Source: Sulfurimonadaceae bacterium
GTDB taxonomy: Bacteria; Campylobacterota; Campylobacteria; Campylobacterales; Sulfurimonadaceae
Direction of reading: 5' to 3'
Length of the DNA: 12,986 nucleotides
Assembly: GCA_041562555.1 (NCBI GenBank)
Contig: JBFEXS010000066.1
Span: forward strand, 1-12,986
Shown here piece after piece: positions 1 to 7,098 of the stretch. Numbering within the stretch: position 1 is the first letter of the stretch; every line of letters starts with the position of its first letter. Below the pieces are notes generated by a model. It had not been told where the DNA came from and ran no database searches. It was given only the letters and a program-made list of their open reading frames with translations. The translations under genes and the position numbers were made by a program.

Positions 1-318
1 ACCCAGAGTAAAGCTTTTTTTGAGGGTCTCATCATCATCTATGGCGGTGACCACGACAATAGGGATGTGATGGTATTTTGGATTGGCCAGGATCGCTTCC
101 GTCGCTTCAAGTCCATCGATGTCAGGCATGACGATGTCCATAAGGATCAGGTCTATCTCCTGGTTTTCGAGGACCTCATAGGCTTCGATCGCCCCGGAGG
201 CAGCATGGACATTGGGAAACCCTTCTTCTTCCAGAATGGCTTCTATCAGAAGGATATTGGTCGCATTGTCATCTACGACAAGGATATTTTTATCATGTAT
301 AGAAAGATAAGAAGTCAT
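1..318 (-). CDS. Response regulator receiver (REC/CheY-like) domain protein, 5' part; runs off the left edge
   Basis: Not in the ORF track. My minus-strand translation is MTSYLSIHDKNILVVDDNATNILLIEAILEEEGFPNVHAASGAIEAYEVLENQEIDLILMDIVMPDIDGLEATEAILANPKYHHIPIVVVTAIDDDETLKKSFTLG..., containing the ILVVDD, phosphoacceptor DLILMDIVMP.DG and PIVVVTA motifs. AGGA lies 5 nt before the ATG at 318; an alternative in-frame ATG is at 324. Confidence 0.93.
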   Translation of the reverse strand, partial: MTSYLSIHDKNILVVDDNATNILLIEAILEEEGFPNVHAASGAIEAYEVLENQEIDLILMDIVMPDIDGLEATEAILANPKYHHIPIVVVTAIDDDETLKKSFTLG

Positions 319-398
319 CTTCATCCTGGTGTAATGATTTTAAAACTACTTAATACTAACTATAGCCATATTAAATTTGAGTAAAACTACAGATCTAA

Positions 399-620
399 TT
401 AGCGATGTTTATACATGGTACATTCACCTGCATTGCTGGGAGGATTGTCTCGGAGATAGGTGAGGTCTTCCTTTGTCTGTTCCAAAACACGTTTTTGTTG
501 CAGAAGGGGCAGCATCTTCGCATTTTTGGTTGTCATGTCCATGTTAAGGTCCATCACATAGGTCTGAACTTCCTTGTCAAGTTCGTCCAGAGCCATTTGA
601 ATATATTCTAATGATTTCAT
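399..620 (-). CDS. Small hypothetical protein (73 aa), predicted helical/coiled-coil
   Basis: ATG starts 11 nt after the rnhB stop on the same strand. Amphipathic helical pattern, and it fills the gap between rnhB and the REC gene. Confidence 0.75.
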   Translation of the reverse strand: MKSLEYIQMALDELDKEVQTYVMDLNMDMTTKNAKMLPLLQQKRVLEQTKEDLTYLRDNPPSNAGECTMYKHR

Positions 621-631
621 GATCTGTCTCT

Positions 632-1180
632 TTAAAACAGAGTGGGCTGAAGGGCTTTAAGCTTGAAGCTTTTACGATGTATGGGTGAATATCCATACTG
701 CTTGATCGCCTCTACATGGGCTTTGGTCCCATATCCTTTATGGCCTTCAAACCCGTACTCTGTATATATTTTTGCGAATTCTACCATTTCTCTGTCCCGA
801 GTAACTTTAGCTAGAATAGATGCTGCTGAAACTTCAGGAATCTTTGTGTCTGCTTTGACCATGGTACGCAGTCCAGAGACACCAAAGTTGGAATTACCGT
901 CAAAGAGATAGTCACTGCTATCAAGGTTGGATATGATACTTTCAAGGCCTTTGGCAAGGCATGCTGATATACCAAGTTCATCGATCTGTTCTGCAGAAAA
1001 ACTGACGATGTGATGGTGTGAGTGTTCTATGATGAGAGGAAAGAGGGCTTCGCGCTTCTTCTCACTGAGCTGTTTGGAATCCATCAGACCATCGATCTCT
1101 TTCTTCAGGATGACTCCGGCCATGACCAGGGAACCGGCTATGGGCCCTCTACCTGCTTCGTCGATCCCGCACAGACTCAT
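632..1180 (-). CDS. rnhB: Ribonuclease HII
   Basis: GIDEAGRGPIAG, DSKQLSEKKRE, FDGN, KAD...VSAASILAKVTRD, HKGYGT and HRKSF motifs. Start overlaps the upstream stop (ATGA). Confidence 0.97.
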   Translation of the reverse strand: MSLCGIDEAGRGPIAGSLVMAGVILKKEIDGLMDSKQLSEKKREALFPLIIEHSHHHIVSFSAEQIDELGISACLAKGLESIISNLDSSDYLFDGNSNFGVSGLRTMVKADTKIPEVSAASILAKVTRDREMVEFAKIYTEYGFEGHKGYGTKAHVEAIKQYGYSPIHRKSFKLKALQPTLF

Positions 1181-2661
1181 GGTCGAAGCTCCAGATGCTT
1201 GATTTTGTAGGCCTGTTGCTGGGCAATGAAAAAACCTATAGTGCTTTGAACATGCTGGGTATGATCGATATCCAGTTTCGCCATGTCAAGCCAGGTACGT
1301 ATCTCCCGCATGGACCAGTCCGGGTATTGCCCCTCATAACGTTCTCTCCACGCTTCAAGAGCCTGTTCGGTGTCTTCATTCTGAATACTCAAAGCGATAA
1401 TATCGAGCATGTCATAGATGATCATCAGTTTGGTGTCTTGCCGGTGTTCGTTGATAAACTTTTCTTTGTGGGTCTTGGTGACCGTAGCTGAGGTGATCAG
1501 GGATATCTCAAAAAAGTTTAAAAAGGCCAAGGCATCGGAAGGATCGAGTTCGTAGGCTTTTTGTAGCTTTTCGGCAGCCTTTTCGAATTCATGCTTTTGC
1601 CAATAGAGAAGACCGAGTTCGGTCAGAACATAGGTGTCATCAGGTGCTTCAAAAAGGGACTTTTCATAATGTCTGATAGCGTCATCGGTGAGACCGAGTT
1701 CATTCTCCGTATAGGCAAGGCTGGCATAGACATAGGCACTTTGCTCAAACTTCAGTGAGGTCTCAAAGTGCTTTTGTGCCTCTTTGATATTGTTGGTGTC
1801 AATGTAGAGTTCGGCAATGAAGTTGTGTGCACGCGAAGAGGATGGGTTAAGACTCAGCGCTTTTTTGAGATGCGAGATCGCTCCATCCAATCTGTTCTGA
1901 CGATCCTCGATCTTAGCCAAGAGTATATGGGGTGTCTCGCTCTGTGGATCGAGGTAGATAGCCTGATCGATATTTGTTTGAGCCTCGCTATAGGCTTTTT
2001 TGTCTATATGCTCTTCTGCGTGAAGGATATAGTCATCAAAGGTCAGATCGGAGAGTTCTGTCGTGAGAAATCTTTTGGGAATGGTTTTTCTGCTGTCTTC
2101 CTGCCACGTAGTAAAGATACCACAGTACTCTATGACCTCAAGTGACTCACTCTTTGCTGTCTTATAGACGGCTTTTGCCCTGTTTGAACAGAACCCGCTG
2201 CTTTGAAGGGGTTTGATGTTAAGGGCACCGGGTTTGAGTTCATTGATATGGGGCGGGAAAAGATGATGTATCAGTGGAAGCGAGAGTAGAAAAACGGCCA
2301 CGGAGAGCTGTACCCTTTTTCTTACCTTGTTGCCGGTCTTTACCCCGTTTAGCCAAGTCTTTGATGGAAGTTTTACCTCTGTTTTGCCGGCCACGACATC
2401 GGCAATGCCTTCGAGGACTTCTTCGACGGGTTCATTAAGCATGGAGATCTGGACCAATAAGGGCGTGTGCTGATCTTTCATGTGTACTTTCATCCAGATA
2501 AAAGGTTCATGATCGGTATCGTACCGGTGGAAGAAAGAGATTTTTTTGATCTCTTTATATGCGTGGCGCTTGACATCGGTATCATCGGGACTGTCTCTAA
2601 AAAGCAGTTCGTTGTCACTGAGAATAAGATGGGGACGTTCTTGAAAGTTGTATATTCTCAT
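1177..2661 (-). CDS. Membrane-anchored tetratricopeptide-repeat (TPR) protein
   Basis: One hydrophobic segment (VQLSVAVFLLSLPLI) at about aa 117-132, then several TPR-like units (AISHLKKALSLNP, AIRHYEKSLFEAPDD, AAEKLQKAYELDPSD). AAGG precedes the ATG. Confidence 0.88.
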   Translation of the reverse strand: MRIYNFQERPHLILSDNELLFRDSPDDTDVKRHAYKEIKKISFFHRYDTDHEPFIWMKVHMKDQHTPLLVQISMLNEPVEEVLEGIADVVAGKTEVKLPSKTWLNGVKTGNKVRKRVQLSVAVFLLSLPLIHHLFPPHINELKPGALNIKPLQSSGFCSNRAKAVYKTAKSESLEVIEYCGIFTTWQEDSRKTIPKRFLTTELSDLTFDDYILHAEEHIDKKAYSEAQTNIDQAIYLDPQSETPHILLAKIEDRQNRLDGAISHLKKALSLNPSSSRAHNFIAELYIDTNNIKEAQKHFETSLKFEQSAYVYASLAYTENELGLTDDAIRHYEKSLFEAPDDTYVLTELGLLYWQKHEFEKAAEKLQKAYELDPSDALAFLNFFEISLITSATVTKTHKEKFINEHRQDTKLMIIYDMLDIIALSIQNEDTEQALEAWRERYEGQYPDWSMREIRTWLDMAKLDIDHTQHVQSTIGFFIAQQQAYKIKHLELRP

Positions 2662-2836
2662 CAGAGACCTTTTTTAGGGTTATATCGTACTTTTTATGGG
2701 GCTTTTAGCTCCAATATATTATTATTTTTCAAATTACAAATAGCTTGAAGCCTTTGTAAGAGTGTTAACGGTTCAGATTTGGGTAAGAGGATGTCTTTCA
2801 GGCCTTTCTCCCGGTGACGAGGCAAAGGAAACAAGT

Positions 2837-3100
2837 ATGATGGAAAAATGTAAGCAACTCCTTTTAGACAGACATATTAACCCTGCCTCGACGATCGAGT
2901 ACGAGGTGAACGGAGAACTTCATACCCTGAGTCTCGAATGGATAATCGAAGCCTATCTGAAAACAGAAAGAAGTGCTTTCTTTGTCGAGCTTTTTGAAAA
3001 GGTCGTTCGAGGAAGCGATAGTGATATAGAAACATTTTTTCAGCAGATGGGACAGCTTATTCTGATGAGTTCACTCTCTGAAAATGAAATCAACAAATAA
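2837..3100 (+). CDS. Hypothetical protein (87 aa, acidic)
   Basis: The ORF track starts at 2762, but AAGGA sits 7 nt upstream of the ATG at 2837 (MMEKCKQLL...), which is the more likely start. Confidence 0.75.
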   Translation: MMEKCKQLLLDRHINPASTIEYEVNGELHTLSLEWIIEAYLKTERSAFFVELFEKVVRGSDSDIETFFQQMGQLILMSSLSENEINK

Positions 3101-3116
3101 ATATTGAGGAAATACG

Positions 3117-3488
3117 ATCAAAACGATAATTAAAACATTACTTCTGCTATTGGCATTCAGTCTTTTTAGCGGATGTACACAACAGGTAAGTGAAGAAGAG
3201 TTGAGAGCTGCCCGTGCAGCAGTAAGCAAGGGGGCAATGATCATTGATGTCCGCTCTAAGAAAGAGTATGATCGCGGTCATGCGAAAAATGCGGTAAATA
3301 TTCCTATCGATGTATTGGATCAGATGTATAGAGGTATCCCGAAGGATAAAGAACTTGTTCTTTATTGTCGTACAGGAAGCCGTAGTATGGTTGCTGCGCG
3401 ACTGTTACGCGAGCAGGGTTGGACCGTTTATAATGTCGTCAACCAGGAGCAGTGGGAACAGGAGCTTCCGCCTAAGACCGAGCCTTAA
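3117..3488 (+). CDS. Rhodanese-domain (PspE/GlpE-like sulfurtransferase) lipoprotein
   Basis: IIDVRS..EYDRGHAKNAVNIP and active-site loop LYCRTGSRS; lipobox FSGC. The full signal peptide (x)KTIIKTLLLLLAFSLFSGC appears only if translation starts at ATC 3117, 6 nt after GAGGA. The ORF track uses TTG 3150. Confidence 0.9.
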   Translation: MKTIIKTLLLLLAFSLFSGCTQQVSEEELRAARAAVSKGAMIIDVRSKKEYDRGHAKNAVNIPIDVLDQMYRGIPKDKELVLYCRTGSRSMVAARLLREQGWTVYNVVNQEQWEQELPPKTEP

Positions 3489-3496
3489 GCGCAGGG

Positions 3497-4195
3497 TCAT
3501 TCTTCATCGTGTTTTGTCAGTGTCATCTCATAGAGCCACTGCTGTAAAGGCAGAAGCTCTTCGTAGATGTGATAGCAGCGATCGATCAGTTTTTCAGAGA
3601 AGTAAACATCATCGGGTGCAAACTTCTTATTGACCACCATACCGTCCAAACGCGCTAATTCAGGGTAGGGATAGCTTTTATCAAAACCTCTGGGAAGCCG
3701 CTTATAGGATGGTTCTATCACTTTGTATCCCATTTTTTTGCAGGTTTGTAAAATAGCATAGAGCTTGTCCGCATTGTCAAGGTCCAGGATATACTCTCGG
3801 TAGGTACTTAATAACGCGGTGTCAAAACGGCGGATCCCTGCACCGATGACATACTCCTCAGGAGTTGCCCGCGTATAAAAGTTGGCCGATTGTGTCCGTT
3901 TGGCTTTTCCCTGCCAAAAGATCACCCCTGTATGGGTCTTCATCGGGGTCTTGTCTTTGGCAAAACGGGTGTCTCTGTATATCCTATACATGGATCCGTT
4001 GATCTTGGGTACAGCATTGATCGTGGGCACAAGTGCCTGAATATGCTCTCCCATTTCAATCACAAAGCGACGGTTGGCTTCCAATATGTACGTTTCATAG
4101 ATATGTTTTCTTGCTTCAAACCACTCTTTTGTATTATTCTCACGCAATTCTTTCAAAAATGCTAAACTTTTTTTATCGTAACCCTTAAACTGCAT
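3497..4195 (-). CDS. DUF2461 / TIGR02453 family protein
   Basis: FLKELRENNTKEWFEARK..YE and MYRIYRDTRFAKDKTPMKTH signature motifs, plus KRLPRGF. Confidence 0.9.
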   Translation of the reverse strand: MQFKGYDKKSLAFLKELRENNTKEWFEARKHIYETYILEANRRFVIEMGEHIQALVPTINAVPKINGSMYRIYRDTRFAKDKTPMKTHTGVIFWQGKAKRTQSANFYTRATPEEYVIGAGIRRFDTALLSTYREYILDLDNADKLYAILQTCKKMGYKVIEPSYKRLPRGFDKSYPYPELARLDGMVVNKKFAPDDVYFSEKLIDRCYHIYEELLPLQQWLYEMTLTKHDEE

Positions 4196-4304
4196 ACACT
4201 TCTACCTGTTAATATTGCAGGAAGTATACATAAGCTCTCTATAATATTAAATTAATTAATACTATGTTATAAAATTGATAATTGAAACATATAGAGGAAT
4301 GTAA

Positions 4305-5033
4305 ATGAACAACATTTTAAGGGTTTTATCTGTGGGACTATTCTGTTCTTCAGTTCTTTTTGCAGGAGACTCTGCACTACTTGAGGCAGCAAAAAACGGT
4401 AAAGTTGATGGAGTGTCGGCTGCTTTGGCAGCAGGTGAAGATGTGAATGCAGCAGGTGACGGCGGTGCACGTGCACTTATGTGGGCAGCAAAAAATAATC
4501 ATACGGAAGTCGTTGACCTGTTGTTAGCCAAGGGCGCAGACGTCAATGCTCAGGACAATGCAGGCTACAGTGCACTGATTTATGCGAGTAATGAAGGAAA
4601 TGTCAAAGTGGCGGTTAGTCTTATCGAACATAAAGCCAATGTAGATATGAGAACAAAGAATGAGAACACACCGCTGATCATCGCTGTACAGAAAGGACAA
4701 TTGAACATTGTCCGTCTATTGGTGGATAAAGGGGCTCAAGTCGACCTTCGTGATGGAGGTGGATATACACCGTTGATGTATGCAGCTCAAGAAGACAACG
4801 AGAAAGAGTATAAGATATGCGAGTACCTGATCAAGAAGGGTGCGGATGTAAATGCTAAAGACGAAGAGGGGTATACGGTACTGATGGCTGCAGCAGAAAT
4901 GGGACATGAAAAGATCGTAAAACTCTTGCTGGATAGCGGTGCGGATAAAAATGCAAAAACTGCAGAGGGAGATACGGCTTTAAGTTATGCTGAGGCCGAA
5001 GAACATGTTCAGGTTGCTAAACTACTGAAGTAG
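4305..5033 (+). CDS. Secreted ankyrin-repeat protein (about 6 repeats)
   Basis: Sec-type signal peptide (MNNILRVLSVGLFCSSVLFA) followed by repeated G.T(P/A)L..AA..G...IV.LLL..GADVN units. GAGGA RBS. Confidence 0.93.
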   Translation: MNNILRVLSVGLFCSSVLFAGDSALLEAAKNGKVDGVSAALAAGEDVNAAGDGGARALMWAAKNNHTEVVDLLLAKGADVNAQDNAGYSALIYASNEGNVKVAVSLIEHKANVDMRTKNENTPLIIAVQKGQLNIVRLLVDKGAQVDLRDGGGYTPLMYAAQEDNEKEYKICEYLIKKGADVNAKDEEGYTVLMAAAEMGHEKIVKLLLDSGADKNAKTAEGDTALSYAEAEEHVQVAKLLK

Positions 5034-5047
5034 GATCTACTTCAGTA

Positions 5048-5173
5048 TTATCTCTCCATATCCTTGCTCATATAGGCCAGGATCAGTGCTACAACAACCA
5101 AAACACCAAACATCACAAGCCAAACCGTGAAGTCAGCTCCACCGGTTTTTGACAATGCGGAATCAGGGTTCAT
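5048..5173 (-). CDS. Small single-pass membrane protein (41 aa), not in the ORF track
   Basis: MNPDSALSKTGGADFTVWLVMFGVLVVVALILAYMSKDMER*. The ATG is 2 nt after the ppnP stop (TAA-TC-ATG). It has a clear ~20-aa hydrophobic helix and ends 14 nt from the convergent ankyrin stop. Confidence 0.72.
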   Translation of the reverse strand: MNPDSALSKTGGADFTVWLVMFGVLVVVALILAYMSKDMER

Positions 5174-5175
5174 GA

Positions 5176-5493
5176 TTACTTATCTAGATATGAACAGCAG
5201 TAATCGGTCACTGTTTTAACGTTGACTTGAAATTTTGCGTTGGCCGGCACTTCAAAAGTCTCCCCGCCTTTAATGGTCATATAGCTGTCACTGTCCGGAA
5301 GTTTTACATCCAGTTCACCAGCCATGATATCCATGATCTCATATTGGGATGTTCCAAACTCATATTCGCCCGGCATCATGATACCCAGGGTCTTTACAGA
5401 GCCATCTGCAAAGGTAAGTGTTCTGCTTGTCACCTTTCCATCAAAATAGTAGTTTGCTTCTGCTGTAACAGTTACGTTTGTAAATTCTGCCAT
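5176..5493 (-). CDS. ppnP: Pyrimidine/purine nucleoside phosphorylase (DUF1255/YaiE family)
   Basis: [39 protein letters not shown] and DYCCSY motifs. AAGGA RBS. Confidence 0.93.
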   Translation of the reverse strand: MAEFTNVTVTAEANYYFDGKVTSRTLTFADGSVKTLGIMMPGEYEFGTSQYEIMDIMAGELDVKLPDSDSYMTIKGGETFEVPANAKFQVNVKTVTDYCCSYLDK

Positions 5494-5518
5494 GATTGTT
5501 CCTTGATTGATTTGTGAG

Positions 5519-5527
5519 ATTTTAGCA
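5519..5527 (-). promoter_or_regulatory. Extended -10 promoter (TGcTAAAAT) for ppnP
   Basis: Minus strand reads TGCTAAAAT-ctcacaaatcaatc-AAGGA-acaatc-ATG. Confidence 0.6.
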
Positions 5528-5584
5528 GATATTTCTTTAAAGGGGTTGTTCCCTTCATCTATGAAAGTTTTTTTGTTTTAGCGG

Positions 5585-5794
5585 CTAAACAGGTCTGACA
5601 AGTTTTTTTATCTCTTTGGGTAAATGGGCGAAGGGAAGTTTCATGACCTGTTTCTTTTCGCCGGGATACATAGATGAGACTTCAACTTCCATTGTATTGG
5701 GGTTAAAGGAGATGATCCTAATCTGTCGATCCTGCTCGGTGTATGTGATGTTTTGATCAGAGAGATTGATCACTTTTTTCTTTTTCTTAGCCAT
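5585..5794 (-). CDS. Small basic hypothetical protein (69 aa) directly downstream of the Y-family polymerase
   Basis: Lys-rich N-terminus, beta-rich core and a LPFAHLPKEIKK C-terminal motif. Starts 17 nt after the polymerase stop. Confidence 0.8.
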   Translation of the reverse strand: MAKKKKKVINLSDQNITYTEQDRQIRIISFNPNTMEVEVSSMYPGEKKQVMKLPFAHLPKEIKKLVRPV

Positions 5795-5799
5795 GAAAA

Positions 5800-5808
5800 A
5801 TTATAACA
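5800..5808 (-). promoter_or_regulatory. Extended -10 (TGtTATAAT) 5 nt before the ATG of the 69-aa gene; leaderless-type
   Basis: Minus strand reads TAA-aaa-TGTTATAAT-ttttc-ATG, with no Shine-Dalgarno. Confidence 0.65.
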
Positions 5809-5811
5809 TTT

Positions 5812-7086
5812 TTAGATCTCACTTCCCCAGCGTATCGTATCCAATCCATATTTTTCCCGAAGTTTTTTTGTCTTTTGGGTAAGGTTGTGTTGACGTTTGT
5901 CTTCTTGATAGTATAAAAGATTGAGTGCACGGTGTGAATGGGTCGTAAATGCTGCGGTAGAGATACTGATACGGATGATCCGAAGGGCGGGAGACTGGTC
6001 AGCTTTCAAAAATAGATCTTTGCACAGGTTTTTAAAAAACCTTTCATTGAAGAGACGGTTTACGGAGATGTTTGCCTTTCCTTTTGCCCCATGTTCATAG
6101 GAGATACTTAGATGAAATGTCGTAGGTATGACACCCATGCGCATAATTGCGAAGCCAAGATGGCGGGAGAGAATGGTTAGTCTCCTGAGCGCTTCTTCTC
6201 TGTCCCGAATGGGGTCAAAGGTGCGGGAGATACCAATGGATTTTCGAATATGTTCTTTTTCTATGGGCGTGTTATCGACACCGCAGACACGCTGGTAGAG
6301 CTCCCATGTGGATCTGCTCTGATGTAAGAAGAGCTCTTTTGCTTTTTGGATATCACCAAGGGTCTGCAGTCCGTAAGCATGCAATTTACTTGCAGTGCGT
6401 CGCCCGATACCGGGGAAGTTTACGAGTGGAATATCCTGGATAAAGGTATCGACTTCATGGGGAAATACCGTTTTTGTCCCGAAGGGCTTGGCGACATTGG
6501 TCGCGAGCTTGGCGGTGTATTTGCTTTTAGCGGCGCCGATGGAGATAGGCAATGAGAGTTTTTGTTTGACCTCAAGCTTGAGTGCTTCGATAAAGGCGGG
6601 AACATCTTGATCATCGATCCACCCTCCGAGGTCCCCGTAGAACTCATCAATACTTCCTTGTTCTAACAGAGGAATACGCAGGCGAAGAAAGTCGTGGAGG
6701 GTATGGGATAGATGTTGATAGAGTTTCATGTTGGGTTTTTTGATGATGATGTGCGGACATTTTTTGATGGCCTCATTGATTGTCGTACCGGTGTGAATAC
6801 CGAAAGCTCTCGCTTCATAGGAGGAGGTCGTCAAAATCCCGCGTACTCTCCCGTCCGGGTCGATGAACTTTTCCAGGTCGTTGTGTCTACTTGAGGGAGA
6901 ATCCTGGAAGAAACTCATCACAAAAGCGCCATTATTGGCAAGACTCATGGTCTGCTGCGTATTGCGTTTAGAAAAGATATGCTGATCAGAACGACCGCCG
7001 ACTCCGACGGGCCTTCCAATCAATGAGGGATCGGCGATACGTTCGGCTGAGACAAAAAAACAGTCAAGGTCAATATGGATTTTCAT
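5812..7086 (-). CDS. dinB: Y-family DNA polymerase (DNA polymerase IV/DinB-like)
   Basis: IHIDLDCFFVSAE, SYEARAFGI, SIDEFY, AKLATNVAKPFG, FPGIG and KSIGISRTF motifs; C-terminal LREKYG tail. Confidence 0.93.
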   Translation of the reverse strand: MKIHIDLDCFFVSAERIADPSLIGRPVGVGGRSDQHIFSKRNTQQTMSLANNGAFVMSFFQDSPSSRHNDLEKFIDPDGRVRGILTTSSYEARAFGIHTGTTINEAIKKCPHIIIKKPNMKLYQHLSHTLHDFLRLRIPLLEQGSIDEFYGDLGGWIDDQDVPAFIEALKLEVKQKLSLPISIGAAKSKYTAKLATNVAKPFGTKTVFPHEVDTFIQDIPLVNFPGIGRRTASKLHAYGLQTLGDIQKAKELFLHQSRSTWELYQRVCGVDNTPIEKEHIRKSIGISRTFDPIRDREEALRRLTILSRHLGFAIMRMGVIPTTFHLSISYEHGAKGKANISVNRLFNERFFKNLCKDLFLKADQSPALRIIRISISTAAFTTHSHRALNLLYYQEDKRQHNLTQKTKKLREKYGLDTIRWGSEI

Positions 7087-7092
7087 ACTGAG

Positions 7093-7098
7093 AGTATA
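7093..7098 (-). promoter_or_regulatory. -10 box (TATACT) 6 nt before the dinB ATG; leaderless-type
   Basis: Minus strand reads TATACT-ctcagt-ATG, with no Shine-Dalgarno. Confidence 0.55.

Noticed and set aside
67..384. 105-aa plus-strand ORF in the track
   Set aside because: Antisense shadow of the minus-strand response-regulator gene, which carries all the REC motifs.
2762..2836. N-terminal extension of the 87-aa protein, and an imperfect GGGTAAGAGG/CCTTTCTCCC stem considered as a riboswitch
   Set aside because: The RBS supports ATG 2837. The stem has several mismatches and no riboswitch consensus that I recognise.
1177..5033. TPR and ankyrin proteins as an anti-phage or effector system
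   Set aside because: No nuclease, NTPase, toxin or secretion genes and no mobility signals nearby.
5539..5556. AAGGGG-ttgt-TCCCTT hairpin as terminator of the 69-aa gene
   Set aside because: On the transcribed (minus) strand the stem has a mismatch and no U-tract, so it is too weak to call.
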